Positions 24,697 to 38,461 are shown, counted from the first letter of the stretch. The stretch is 64,000 nt of DNA from Octopus sinensis (GCF_006345805.1 NC_043006.1:100068001-100132000), one strand, 5' to 3'. The notes: generated from the letters alone by a model not told the origin. Numbers and translations are program-made.

Positions 24697-25082
24697 GAAG
24701 GCGCAATGGCCCAGTGGTTAGGGCAGCGGACTCGCGGTCATAGGATCGCGGTTTCGATTCCCAGATCGGGCGTTGTGAGTGTTAATTGAGCGAAAACACC
24801 TAAAAGCTCCACGAGGCTCCGGCAGGGGATGGTGGTGATCCCTGCTGTACTCTTTCACCACAACTTTCTCCCTCACTCTTACTTCCTGTTTCTGTTGTAC
24901 CTGTATTTCAAAGGGCCAGTCTTGTCACTCTCTGTGTCACGCTGAATATCCCCGAGAACTACGTTAAGGGTACACGTGTCTGTGGAGTGCTCAACCACTT
25001 ACACGTTAACTTCAAGAGCAGGCTGTTCCGTTGATTCGGATCAACCGGAACCCTCGTCGTCGTAACCAACGGAGTGCTTCCA
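24697..25082 (+). mobile_element. SINE family B, 3' tail variant 3, full length
   Basis: Head with A and B boxes. Ends gtcgtcgtaaccaacggagtgcttcc. Confidence 0.9.
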
Positions 25083-25789
25083 TTGTTATACGGGAATTTA
25101 TGTCATTTTTCTTCTGGCCACTCCCAAAGCTTCTGTTTTCAAAGTTTATAATTTCTGACGTCTGACCGCTATCTTGCAGTCCGTTAATTTGCTTTCTATC
25201 GTCATAGCAGCTGCAGTGTCTTTTGTGCATCAAAGCTCGATTTATGGTTGATCGGGGAGCTTTATTGTGATTTACTATCGTAGCGACAGTGTTGTTTGGC
25301 AGTGGCTGCGTGATTGCACCTTGTTTGAATTTACGTAGTTTGTCACTTCAGTTATCGCTAGAGGTAGTGTTGTTGATGTTGTTAGTAATTATATTCTGAG
25401 ATTCTGCATCCTTATTGTCACTACAGGCGATAGTGTTTTGGCGAAGATGGTTGTGACGGTGACTGGAAAATATACAGTGACTGCTATTCAAGGATGTGGC
25501 TAGTAGTCACAAAAACAATTTAATTCTCAAAATCAAATTCAACCTCATCGCAAAAATGTCGCTGTATTTCAGGTCAAAATTGAATTCTTTTCAAGAATAT
25601 TTCCATAATTGCTTTGAAATTCCAGCCCCACGGGAATCAAATTCGTTTTATAGAAGACAGGTAAACATCGTGCGTTATTATTGGCACAGAGAAATCAACA
25701 ATAAAAAAGCCGGTAACCAAAATCTAAGCAATTTTAATGCACATTCGTAACAAAGATTGCTGACCCATTTACAATACAGCTTTCAAGGA

Positions 25790-25790
25790 C

Positions 25791-25826
<36 letters not shown>

Positions 25827-25996
25827 GTAACAAGAACAACAACGACGACAACAATGAAGAAGGAGAAGAAGTAGAAGAAGAAGAAGAAGAAGAAGAAGAA
25901 GAAGAAGAAGAAGAAGAAGAAGAAGAAGAAGAAGAAGAAGAAGAAGAAGAAGAAGAAGAAGAAGAAGAAGAAGAAGAAGAAGAAGAAGAAGAAGAA
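25790..25996. repeat. (TAA)n grading into (GAA)n microsatellite
   Basis: Direct reading of the sequence. Confidence 0.95.
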
Positions 25997-28080
25997 GCCA
26001 AGTCAGAACTGCTGTTGTATTTAGGGTAACCCTTTACATGAAAATCTGAAATAAATACAGCCGGGAAGCAAAGCCTGTAAAAGATCATTCTCATTCTGTG
26101 CAGTGAGGACAACCATTTCCAACACAGATAACGGCATGAACAGAAAAAAGAAACTCCCTTGGATGTCCAACACACCAGATCTCCCGCGCCCAGCAGGGGG
26201 CCTCTCAGAGGACAATGGAGTGGAAGACCAGGCTCCACCCAGTCCTAATTATGCAACGTGCACGCAAACGCAAGTGGTCCGTTGATTTGAACCAAAACGC
26301 AATTAAGTGCGATGATCAAGCCTTGCTAGACAAAGACAATGGCAAGTGTAAATCTGTCGGAAACAGATCATTAGAACTTTGGAATAAGCTAGGTATGTTC
26401 CAGATGACTGAAAATTGGCTCATGGATCAGGTGCGAATAATTTAGAATTGAGGCTTTCTTAATGAAGCCTAGATTCAGACAATCAGGAAAAGCCTCCGTA
26501 GTGGTGATAACCTCGAGGAGAATAATGTAGTGGAAGGTCGGCGAATGCGTAGGCAATGTGAAGTAGTAGTAGAAGAGAGGCTGCCCAATCAATATAAGGT
26601 AGAAAGACCTGTATAAGGAGAGGATGTGATTGAGGAACAGAGAAACCTCAGGACAAGACTCGTGGGTATAATAATTACAAGAATAGAGACTAAGCCGGTT
26701 GATTTGAGAATCTTCGACTGTAATAATGTGAAAAGCGCAACCCGAAAGTTTGAGGAAAATCTGAAATACATTATGACAAAAAAATCTAACGGAAACAAAG
26801 GACTTGACCAGATCCGCTTTAATTTTTGTAGGTGAACAGGTTGGAAAGAATGAGAAGGAAACAGACTGACAGAAGGAACCATGATGGACGCGGAGAATTG
26901 AAGCCGATATTAAAAGTGTGCGTTAAGATCAGAGGCACATAAAAGAATGGTCCAAAGGGCAATGGGGAAGTGCTAAAAAAGCTGTAAAGGCATATCTTGG
27001 CGCAAAATACAAAATAGAAAAGAAAGGGTTCAAAACTGTTATTAAAACTCTAAAAGAATTGTGCGGACAAAATCATTGAAGGTGCAACGCTATCACAATT
27101 CCAGCAGAACAGGTTATTCTCAAATAATCAAGGCATTTTTAAGAGCTTACGAGGGGATACAGAAGATAATATACCTCTTGAAGCAGAGGAAACGTACCAA
27201 TTTCGGAATAAAATCTGGGGGTAAGAATTGTCCCACAACCATGGCGCTGAGTGAATTGATTCCCTGAGATCCAAACGCCATCATCCGGAAGCTCCATGAC
27301 AGGACCACGTGCGCATAACAACGGATGATATAATTACACAGGTATCAAAACAGCCAAATTGGAAAGCGCCCGGACAAGACGCAATACAAAGCTACTGGCT
27401 CAGGTTGTGTAGGTCAACACACAAACAAATTGCAAGTGCAATTGGACAATTGTCTACAAATTGGTGAAGTTCCGGAGAGGATTTTAGAGGGATAGACAAC
27501 ATTGTTGATGAAAGATCGGTCAAAGGGCAATAAGGTTGGCAATTACCGTTCCATTTCCAGTCTTAACCTCTTATGGAAAGTGTTAACAGGCATCCTTGCA
27601 GGGAAAATATATACATTCCTTCTGGAAAAGAATCTACTGCCAGTAGAACAAAAGGGATGCCGAAAATGATCAAAGGGTACCACAGGGCACCTTGTGATAG
27701 ACAAGGTTGTAATGAAGAGCTGCAAGCGCTTTCAAAATCACTTACGCATAGCCTTACGTAGACTTTATAAAGGCTCACCATATGTTGCCATATTTGTGGA
27801 TTTTGGAAACAACAAGCCTTGTAGGAAAATACGCCTTTTCTGTAACAACCAGCACTTCGCCGAAGTACCAATCAAAAGAGATACATTTCAGGGATATTCT
27901 TGTTCACCTTTATTTGTTATAGCCTTCATCAAAGTTGACGCACATTGTGGGCTGAGAAAGAATGGACCATGTCTCAACCACCTTCTCTTCATGGATGATT
28001 GAAAACTGTCGGCGAAAACAGACTGTAATAGAGAGGCTTGTTCAGACTGTACAGATATGCAGCAAGGATATAGGGATATC
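25996..28080 (+). pseudogene. Degenerate R4/Dong-clade non-LTR relic, 3'-truncated after the RT catalytic motif
   Basis: NWKAPGQDAIQSYWL, NYRSISSLNLLWKVLTGILA, LLPVEQKGCRK, FQGYSCSPLF, LNHLLFMDD. Confidence 0.8.
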
Positions 28081-28180
<100 letters not shown>

Positions 28181-28231
28181 ATCTTTATTAACCACAAAAG
28201 TATTTACATGAAGAAAAAAAACGATATACGG

Positions 28232-28410
28232 CCAGTGATTTCGTGGGCGGAGCATAAGTCGGTTATATCGACCCCTGCGTTCATCTGTTACATATATTAT
28301 CGACCCCGAAATGTTGAATGGTAAATTCGAACTCGGCGAAATTTGAACTCAGAACGTAAAAGCATATGAAATGCTAGAATGTTTATTGTCCGCTGTGCTA
28401 ATGAATGACT
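28232..28410 (-). mobile_element. SINE family C, diverged
   Basis: ataagtcggttatatcgacccc ... ctcggcgaaatttgaactcagaacgt. Confidence 0.7.
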
Positions 28411-28964
28411 AATAATTCTGTACATGAGCACCATGTGATGTTACCATCGCCAAATTAAATATTTTATCTGCCGGTGACAAGAGACACACACATTGAAACA
28501 CCATCGCAGACGTATTTCTCTGACTCAAATTCCATTCTGCAACAGTGTCTCCCAACATGAAGGACCGGATGGATATCTTTGTCGCTTCTCTCGAAACCAT
28601 CTCCTGATCTCGCTCCATTTCTTTAAGCACTCTGTGCTATTTATTCCTATCAACGTCTATTAAATACTTTCTCTGACAACGTTTCAACTCCTTCGCCGAC
28701 ATAGACATTCATCGATTATTTTATTTGTACAACTCCAACCCATCAACTCCTACTTCTGCACAAAGCCACCCTTTTATACTCTTCTCCCTTCCAGAACACA
28801 TTTTCTGCCTATTAATAAAATATCCACTCCATTAAGATAGAGATTAATTGTCCATAAAAATAATAAATAAAAACACTGAATTTGTAACATATATATGCGT
28901 GTGTGCGTTTGTTTGTGCGAGCGTGTGTATGTGTGTGTATGTATATATATATATATATATACAC

Positions 28965-28997
<33 letters not shown>

Positions 28998-29096
28998 ATA
29001 TATGCATTTATATATATATTTATATATATGCATTTATATATATATATACATATATATATATGTCTGTGTGTGTGTGTTTATATATATATATACATG

Positions 29097-29148
<52 letters not shown>

Positions 29149-29394
29149 ATATATATATTCATATGTATGCATGTATTTACATATGTATATTACATACATA
29201 TACACGAAAAAGCACAGACACATATATAAAACAATCATGTATACTCGCGCAAGCGCGTGCTCATCTGTATGTATACCTACATATAAGTAAGAGTATACAC
29301 ACATATATATATAGAGAGAGAAAGAGACACATGTATGTTTGCATAACAGTGTGTGGGTGTGGGTGTGCGTGCGTGCATTTGTGTGTGTGAATGA

Positions 29395-29461
<67 letters not shown>

Positions 29462-29956
29462 TGTGCTCGTGTACGTTTGTAGAAAGCGATTCCCGGACTT
29501 CAGTTGGGAGGGCAATATAGAGAGAATTAAATACTAGCAAATAGCAATCAAAAGGAAGATTAATATCATATTTAGATAAAAATTATTGAAACAAAAATTG
29601 AAAGAAAGAAGGAAAACCAGGGCAAATATAGAATATAATATTATAAAATATAACTTAACGACAGAAAAAGAGATGATTGACCAATTTTATATTTCTATTT
29701 TATATATTATTTCAACGTTTTTCGGTAAATAATGAAGGACTGATATGAAAATTATCAATATCATATAGTACATAATTGAAATTGTGACGTCGTTCAGTCT
29801 TTATGTGTGTAGATATACATACAAGTATGCATACATATATATGCAGATATACACACACATCAAATAAAGGCATGCATATGTAGATATAGACATAAATATA
29901 ATATAAGGATATATATGTGTGTTTCCGTGTCTACGTATGTATATGTATATATATGC

Positions 29957-30031
<75 letters not shown>

Positions 30032-30072
30032 CGTATATCTATATATATACCATTTTACAAGTATACATACAT

Positions 30073-30122
<50 letters not shown>

Positions 30123-31026
30123 ATATATATATATACATATATGTATGTATGTATTAGGAAATGTAGGCCAGTGGTTAAGTCAATCAGAATTACCAGCAAT
30201 ACAATGAACAGAACGCTTTGCCCTAGGATCTCTTTGACGTCTCACATGTAGGATACCATGCACCTAGTGAGGCAATATCGATTTTAGGAAGGTACGTGTG
30301 CAAGTGCAACAAAGATATTTCATTACTAGAAATGAATCATCTTTGCAGGCTTGAAACCAATAATTTGCACACGCGTATGTGTATGTATATATATATATAT
30401 ATGTATGGTGCTGTAATGCTATCCTCAAGCTGTGCCAGTATGGCGTAACAAACGAAAAACAGGCCGATAGAATGAGAGAATAATAAAAAAAACGAGAAAA
30501 GGCAATAATGAAGGAGATTGTGGAAATTTGCAAAAAAAAAAAAACAACAGAAAACATAAAAGGAATAGCAATTAAGCAAAAGAGAAGGAGTTAGCGTTGT
30601 GTCACTTTTGGCCAGAAATTCATAAGGCTGAAAGGTTAGCAGCCTGGAACCAGTAGTACAGCTGCTCCCTTTGGGGCATCCAGTGCATTGCAATAGACCA
30701 ATAGGAATTCATTCATATGTTTACAGCTGCTTAAATAAAGGTGTACGTACGTTGTTGATTATTTAGATCTGAAAACGATCTGTGTTCTTTCAATTATGCA
30801 GAGCTTATATTTTTCTCTAATACGATCTCCTTATTTTTGCCTTGTTCCGCCATGTGGGTATAACCTGAGCATTGTACTAAAGAAGCAGACATATCAAAAA
30901 TACAGTGTTTCCAGCTTTCATCGCATGAAACTAATGGTAACTCGCGAAAACATACGTTGTGTTAATGAAAGAATATTTCTCTCAACAGATGGAGTACAGT
31001 TTGTATATTTATATGTATATGCATGT

Positions 31027-31249
31027 ACTCTTTACACTTTTACTCTTTTACTTGTTTCAGTCATTTGACTGCGGCCATGCTGGAGCACCGCCTTTAATCG
31101 AGCAACTCTACCCCGGGACTTGTTCATTGTAAGCCCAGTACTTATTCTATCGGTCTCATTTGCCGAAACGCTAAGTGGCGGGATATAAACATACCAGCAT
31201 CAGTTGTCAAGCTATGCTAGGGGTACAAACACAGACACACAAACACACA

Positions 31250-31311
<62 letters not shown>

Positions 31312-31477
31312 TACGACGGGCTTCTTTCAGTTTCCGTCTACCAAATCCACTCACAAGGCTTTAGTCGGCCCGAGGCTATAGTAGAAGACACTTTCACAAG
31401 GTGCCACGCAGTGGGACTGAACCCGGAACCATGTGGTTGGTAAGTAAGCTACTTACCACAAAGCCACTCCTGCGCCT
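31027..31477 (-). mobile_element. SINE family A, full length
   Basis: Same sequence family, with expanded internal (TA)n. Confidence 0.9.
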
Positions 31478-31720
31478 ATATATGTATATAAGGCATGGCT
31501 ATGTGGTAAGAACATTGCCTCCCAAGCACATGGGCATGTGTCTTCTGCTAAAGGCTTCCTGTCGTTGTGTTTGCATTTGTCTCCCCATAACATAGCGGTT
31601 CATCAAGAGGGTCCAATATAATAAGTACAAGGCTTTAAAAGTTTAAGTACTGGGGTTGATTCATTCGACCAAAATAATTCAAGGAGGTTTAATGGCATGA
31701 CCGCAGTTTAATGATTGAAA

Positions 31721-31792
<72 letters not shown>

Positions 31793-32329
31793 CATACGAT
31801 GGTGTTTATATTCGGTCCGGTTTCCAGTCTGTATCAATTTACTTACCCAGTCGCGTTGGCTTATCTGATTGCAATAAGTGCTTAGTAGTCAAGTTTGCTC
31901 ATCATCTGTAATTTCGAAAAACTATATTGTAAGTTCCAAACATCTACACATATGATATGTTTCATATGATATTTTTTTATTACTTTTATGCGTTGATGAC
32001 TGAAACTTTGTGTCGATGTCTGTATGTTATAGTTGTTGATGCTATCATTGTTGGTCATTTTGATTACATGCAATTCAACACTAATGTCTTCCTTTCTAAC
32101 AGGTCATATAACAACACAGTGTTAAACTTCTTGTTTTTATTTTATTGTTTACGACCAGCCGTTCTGGACAAATAAGTGAGGCCAAGTCATACAACATATA
32201 TAATATGAAGCACAGACTTTCATAGAATAACTGGTAATAATCTCAAAAGTAAATTTATTACAGGAATATTTAAAGTAAATCGAGGAAACACATTGGCATA
32301 TGATCACGAATTTGTATGTAAGTTTATAT

Positions 32330-32648
32330 ATGGCTCAGTGGTTAGAGAGCCGAACTTACGATCGTGAGGTTTTGAGTTCGAATCCCGGACCGGGTTGCGT
32401 GTTGTGTTCTTGAGCAAGACACTTATTTCACGTTGCTCCAGTTCATTCAGCTGTACAAATGAGTTGCGACGTAACTGGTGCCAAGCTGTATCGGCCCCCT
32501 TTGCTTTTTCCTTGGATAACACAGGGGGCGTGGGAGAAGGGAGGCTGGTATGCATTGGCGACTGCTGGTTTTCCTTGCCCGGACTTGTGCCTTGGAGGGT
32601 AACTTTCTAGGTGCAACCCATGGTCAGCCTTGACTGAAGCAGGTCTAA
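32330..32648 (+). mobile_element. SINE family D, full length
   Basis: tggctcagtggttagag (A box), gagttcgaatccc (B box), CORE-like ttgagcaagacacttatttcacgttgctccagttcattcagctgt. Confidence 0.85.
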
Positions 32649-32649
32649 G

Positions 32650-32717
<68 letters not shown>

Positions 32718-32912
32718 ACACGCACGCACACATACGTATTCGTTATGTAGTACTCATAGATCGAATAATAGAGCAACTTCACGATACGGATGACATTGTC
32801 TAGAAATAGGAGAAAGGATAGCAAGAAATATGAATGAAATTAAACCGCATATAGCAATAATAATCACCGAAGAAACATTTTTTCTGAATAAGAAATATAC
32901 TTATATGTAAAA

Positions 32913-33312
32913 TCTTTATATATAAAAGTGAGGTTGTGTGCTGTCTGTCTCCTACGATTTAGATTCCTAACTACTCCCACATGTTGCGGTGCAGTTTAAC
33001 CAAATTCGGGTATCTTATAGTCGTGATTCATATCGAGCCCTTCTGGGTATTAGCGCGCGTCTACGATGAGTCTACGATTTTTAAAAAAATTACCATCATT
33101 TTTTTCCATTTTAATGCATTTTTTCACTATTATATAAGGGAAGTAACTCTCTAAAAATGTCTATGATGAGTCTACGATTTTTCAAAAAATTTACCATCAT
33201 TTTTTTTCCATTTTGAATGCATTTTTTTGCTATTTTTTGGCTCTAACTCTCTAAAAATGCTTATATAGTTATTTCCCTTACAAACCCGAGCAACTCCGGG
33301 CGATACTGCTAG
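32913..33312 (+). mobile_element. Non-autonomous Helitron
   Basis: a|tctttatatataaaag ... cccgagcaactccgggcgatactgctag|t. Confidence 0.85.
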
Positions 33313-33963
33313 TTGTATATACATCTTATATTGTGTAAGCTATTCATAGCATTACAGCAGCTCCAATTGTTCAATGCCCTGTTTAATATAGAATTTCATA
33401 TTACGTAGTCATACTCAAACAATATTGCTTAAAAAATATAGGCAACAGAGTATCAATTTGCGGGAGTCATTATCTACGCACAACAAATTCATGAATGTTT
33501 TTGTTTTTTTGTTTGTTGGTTTTTTTTTTGCTGAATATGTCATCGCCAATATTTCAAGCGAAGTAAGATTATAAAAATAGTAGCGTCGATAAATTAGATT
33601 GGGGAAGTTAGTAACAGGTTAGTGGGGCATAAAATACTTTAGCAGCCTGCGTAGTACATTGTATTTTACCTGTCATTCATTGATCGTTTGAAAACTGCTA
33701 TGAAAATGAGATTTACTTACATGCAGCTCTTCATATGATTACATTCCTTACATACATGCCTTTTTGTCGTCGTCATATGCGTGCATGAACGTGTGTATAC
33801 CTATATTTTTATCCACTACACATTATTTATTTTCTCTCCTTGTTTCCTTCTGTGGAAGAGCGTAGGCTCGAAACCTTAAAGACATTTTTCAATTCCCGAG
33901 CGGTATACAAATACACCTGTTTGTTGTCTACACCGTTTGTCTTCGCCTATTTTTGTGAATTCT

Positions 33964-34032
<69 letters not shown>

Positions 34033-34131
34033 TAATCCAAACATGAAAGCACAAAACAACACAACAACGCGAGGACGTGGAACAATATAATATAATTGGA
34101 CGCTCAGGAAAGAAATAAAGAAAGAAGGAGG

Positions 34132-34166
34132 GCTTAACGATTCGAGCGGAGCTCTTCGTCAGAAAC
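34132..34166 (-). ncRNA. Minimal hammerhead motif inside a ~200-bp element between (TA)n tracts (34030-34235)
   Basis: gttt-CTGACGA-a-gagc-tcc-gctc-GAA-tcgt-t-aagc. A15.1 appears mutated. Confidence 0.6.
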
Positions 34167-34234
34167 ATAGGAAAAGGAAAGATCCAGAGAAGGGAAGACG
34201 GAGGAAAAAAATCGCCAACGGTACACACGCGGTC

Positions 34235-34297
<63 letters not shown>

Positions 34298-34393
34298 ATA
34301 AAACGGTAAGATAACAAAAGAAAGAAAGAGACCTCAATATTATGTAAATAGAGGAAATTTATCTATACAATATGTTACATTACTCGGTAGTCA

Positions 34394-34456
34394 AGATAAA
34401 ACTCTGAGTTTCAGATGCCGAAGTGGAAATCCACAACACCATCTCTTCGGTTATCT
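34394..34456 (-). ncRNA. Type I hammerhead ribozyme motif (mirror copy)
   Basis: Reverse complement of 36572-36634. Confidence 0.75.
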
Positions 34457-34661
34457 GGCTATTTGAAAACGTTATGAAAAAATACCGTTAAAAAAGAAGG
34501 GAAATTACTCTGTTATAACTCTGCTTTGCCTGCGTACTTATACATCGCTCGCATTTTTCGTCATAAAAATTATATAAAAATACATAAAAATATATAAAAA
34601 TATATATAAAAATATATAAAATATATAAAATCTTCTTGGGACATAACACAGAAAGCATGTT

Positions 34662-35746
34662 CTATCCGTTTTCTTTAGGGGACCAAAAACGTAACAGAAA
34701 TTTAGTCACATGTGGGCATGATCCGAAAAGCTCTGTCCTTGTATTTAGACATGTGGTAGGGTCTAAGTTGCTTTTCCAGATAAGCCATCTCTCCATGTCG
34801 CATAAACCGCACCTTCCGCTGCCGTTAGTATAGGGCTTACATCTGGCCAAAATCTTCCATTGTATGTTATAATCGACACCTTTATCTCTTAAAGACCAAA
34901 TATGATTGGATAATTGTGTCGCTTTTCTTTTGTTCCAGTGCCTAAAGCTCAAAGTGTGGTTATTGAACCTGGCCTTGAAATTACCCTCTGTCAGGCCCAC
35001 GTATTTCTTCGTCGAAACGGTGTCTTTAGTGGTTATAGAGTTTACGGTAGCTTCATATATGATGGTCTTGGACATGCAAGCTCCATTTAGCGGGCACAAT
35101 TCTTTATTCCTGCATGAACAGCTGTTTTCTTCTTGTGTTTTTTGTATGTTATGATTGATTATGTTTTTAAAATTGGTAGTTGAACTAAAACTAATTTTTA
35201 AATTGTGTCTATTGAAGAGTTTCCTATAAGCATGGTTAACTGGAAAATGTCTATCTATCAGTGCTAGGAAATATTTACCTATATTGAAGGCCACCTCGGG
35301 TGAGTAAGGGGGCGTAAACCAAATGACCTTCCTATTTCTATTATTCCTTTTCCTTACTTTTGGGCTGGTGATAGGTGTATATTTTATTTTTTCGCTAAAA
35401 CCACTATCTTTTAAAGCTTTATTATAAACTGGGGCAACGCTATTGAAGATGTCCTCATTAGATGAGAGGCTAGAAATCCTCTTACTAATATTTTTAACTA
35501 AATTTTTGAATACTATAGGGCGATGGCATGAACCTACATTAATATAACTTAGTCTATCATTGGGCTTCCTATAAGGCTTATAAATATTACTATTAAGATC
35601 TAAGGAAACGTCTAAGAAATTGACAACCGTCAGGTTAGTGTCTATAGTTATACTAAGTCCGAAGTGTTTCATTAACTGGATAATATCCTTCCTAAAACGA
35701 TCTTGTGCTGGTCCATTTGTATTAGCTGTTAAGGCGAGGGCATCAT
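34662..35746 (-). CDS. Penelope-like (Naiad-like) RT C-terminus plus GIY-YIG endonuclease, 5'-truncated
   Basis: The frame extends upstream of the listed Met as DDALALTANTNGPAQDRFRK. Contains VNFLDV, IIYEA..YVGLTEGNFKARFNNH and C-terminal CGLC..E..LN..CPH. Confidence 0.9.
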
Positions 35747-35779
35747 CTTTACAAAAATGATGCCCTCGCCTTAACTGGC

Positions 35780-36366
35780 CATTTTCCAGTTAACCATGCT
35801 TATAGGAAACTCTTCAATAGACACAATTTAAAAATTAGTTTTAGTTCAACTACCAATTTTAAAAACATAATCAATCATAACATACAAAAAACACAAGAAG
35901 AAAACAGCTGTTCATGCAGGAATAAAGAATTGTGCCCGCTAAATGAAGCTTGCATGTCCAAGACCATCATATATGAAGCTACCGTAAACTCTATAACCAC
36001 TAAAGACACCGTTTCGACGAAGAAATACGTGGGCCTGACAGAGGGTAATTTCAAGGCCAGGTTCAATAACCACACTTTGAGCTTTAGGCACTGGAACAAA
36101 AGAAAAGCGACACAATTATCCAATCATATTGGTCTTTAAGAGATAAAGGTGTCGATTATAACATACAATGGAAGATTTTGGCCAGATGTAAGCCCTATAC
36201 TAACGGCAGCGGAAGGTGCGGTTTATGCGACATGGAGAGATGGCTTATCTGGAAAAGCAGCTTAGACCCTACCACATGTCTAAATACAAGGACAGAGCTT
36301 TTCGGATCATGCCCACATGTGACTAAATTTCTGTTACGTTTTTGGTCCCCTAAAGAAAACGGATAG
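35780..36366 (+). pseudogene. Inverted copy of the PLE GIY-YIG coding region with a 1-bp deletion frameshift
   Basis: ORFs 35930-36139 and 36178-36366 repeat the C-terminus of the minus-strand ORF. catattggtc replaces catatttggtc. Confidence 0.85.
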
Positions 36367-36571
36367 AACATGCTTTCTGTGTTATATCCCAAGAAGATTT
36401 TATATATTTTTATATATTTTTATATATTTTTTATATATTTTTATGTATTTTTATATAATTTTTATGACGAAAAATGCGAGCGATGTATAAGTACGCAGGC
36501 AAAGCAGAGTTATAACAGAGTAATTTCCCTTCTTTTTTAACGGTATTTTTTCATAACGTTTTCAAATAGCC

Positions 36572-36634
36572 AGATAACCGAAGAGATGGTGTTGTGGATT
36601 TCCACTTCGGCATCTGAAACTCAGAGTTTTATCT
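36572..36634 (+). ncRNA. Type I hammerhead ribozyme motif (U4C core variant)
   Basis: agataa-CCGAAGA-[stem II]-GAAA-ctcagag-TT-ttatct. Stem I is 6 bp, and stem III is near-palindromic. Confidence 0.75.
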
Positions 36635-36730
36635 TGACTACCGAGTAATGTAACATATTGTATAGATAAATTTCCTCTATTTACATAATATTGAGGTCTC
36701 TTTCTTTCTTATTTTATCTTACCGTTTTAT

Positions 36731-36824
<94 letters not shown>

Positions 36825-38296
36825 CATATAGTTCATATGTATAGTGTGTATATCATAAATCTATAGACACGTATGGGCATATCTACCTAAGTGTGCGTGA
36901 GTCCTCTAGATATGCGAATGCGTCTCTTTTTTGTGCTCCTTGGAACTCATCTATATGTTTGTTTAATTACATCTTTTTAATATTTATGTATACAGACAGA
37001 TGTGTAATTTAGGTTTTGAATTATGATTATATACTTCATCCACTAAAAAAAAATAATCCTTTTCAGTGTTTGAAAAATATAAAATGTTATTTCCTTTTTC
37101 TTTTTTTGTCATTATTATATAAAGCACACACCCATGGTTTGCTGTATCTCTTTCCTCATAAAGTAATATAATATTTGCTATTGTAGTTCATGTAACCACC
37201 GATGTGATTCTACTTGAAACAACAAAGCTATAAAATACGGCGACGTTTAGAGGTAAGCAAAGCAAGACATATTAACTTCATTATTACTGAAGAAGCTATT
37301 ACATCACTAGTTAAACTTCTGCTGAAGGAGATAATGAGTTTATCGAAAAGCAAATATATTACAGTGAAAATATTCAGGCCATTGTGTTTCTCATCACATT
37401 TAAATCTTTTACAAATTAACTCAATATAGAAGCTAAATTTCTCCATCAAAATGCCTATACTAATTTAAATGGAAGGTGAATGAGCTGAATGAAGGTTAGT
37501 GACTGATAATTCTACCGATTTTCAGGTATCTTGACTGCTTGAAATAGCAAGAATACATTGTGATATTATCAAAATAGAAACATTGCACTCCTCTCCAGTT
37601 CGGCGAATTTTTCTTCTTCAACGCTGCATAGGTTTATATCCGTATTCGTAAAGCAAACAAAACTTATAAGATGTAACCCTTGAACTTTCTAAACAGTAAC
37701 TTGGAAATGCGTCTATAGAAATAAGCAATAAATATGTTTACAAAAATGTTGATAATGCATTCTATATGTAGCAAAAGGTTGCTAGAGGTCAAACTATCGG
37801 ATTGACCTCAGATTGCCAGATAATGGAAAGCAAGTGAAATAACTAGTAGTCGTGACGTAAGTGGATTATCACTGTGAAAGATCACATAAGCAAACCTATG
37901 ACAGTGTGGCCAAAGTTCTATGAAGTACTGCAATAAGCATCTCTTCTAGCTGTGAATGGTAAATTATAAATTTACTAACTACTAGATGTTATCACACATA
38001 GATTTAAATTTGACGCCAACTTACTTTGTTGTGGCGATTACAAGCAAGAATATTTATCTTCAAATGCTTCACACAGGAAAAAAGCCATCAATAAGATGAA
38101 TGCATTGATAGAGATAACACGCCAGGAAATTCTCTTTTCACAGCGAGAATAGCAATCGTCTGCATAAATGAAATAACGCGACGTATTCGAATTTTTTAAA
38201 ACTTTCCTAGACTATCAACCTTAAAGTGTGAAGCATGTTTCCATCACTCCAAATACCAACATTAATATTTCTTATTCTCATTCATACGCGTAAGTA

Positions 38297-38402
<106 letters not shown>

Positions 38403-38461
38403 CAGACAGACAGACAGAGAGACAGATAGATTGATTTATTGATTGATTGATTGATTTATTG

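Larger units (their letters stand above)
34296..36732 (-). mobile_element. Penelope-like element with inverted 3' repeat (pseudo-LTR), flanked by (TA)n
   Basis: 34296-35249 is the near-exact reverse complement of 35780-36732. There are (TA)n tracts on both sides. Confidence 0.9.
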
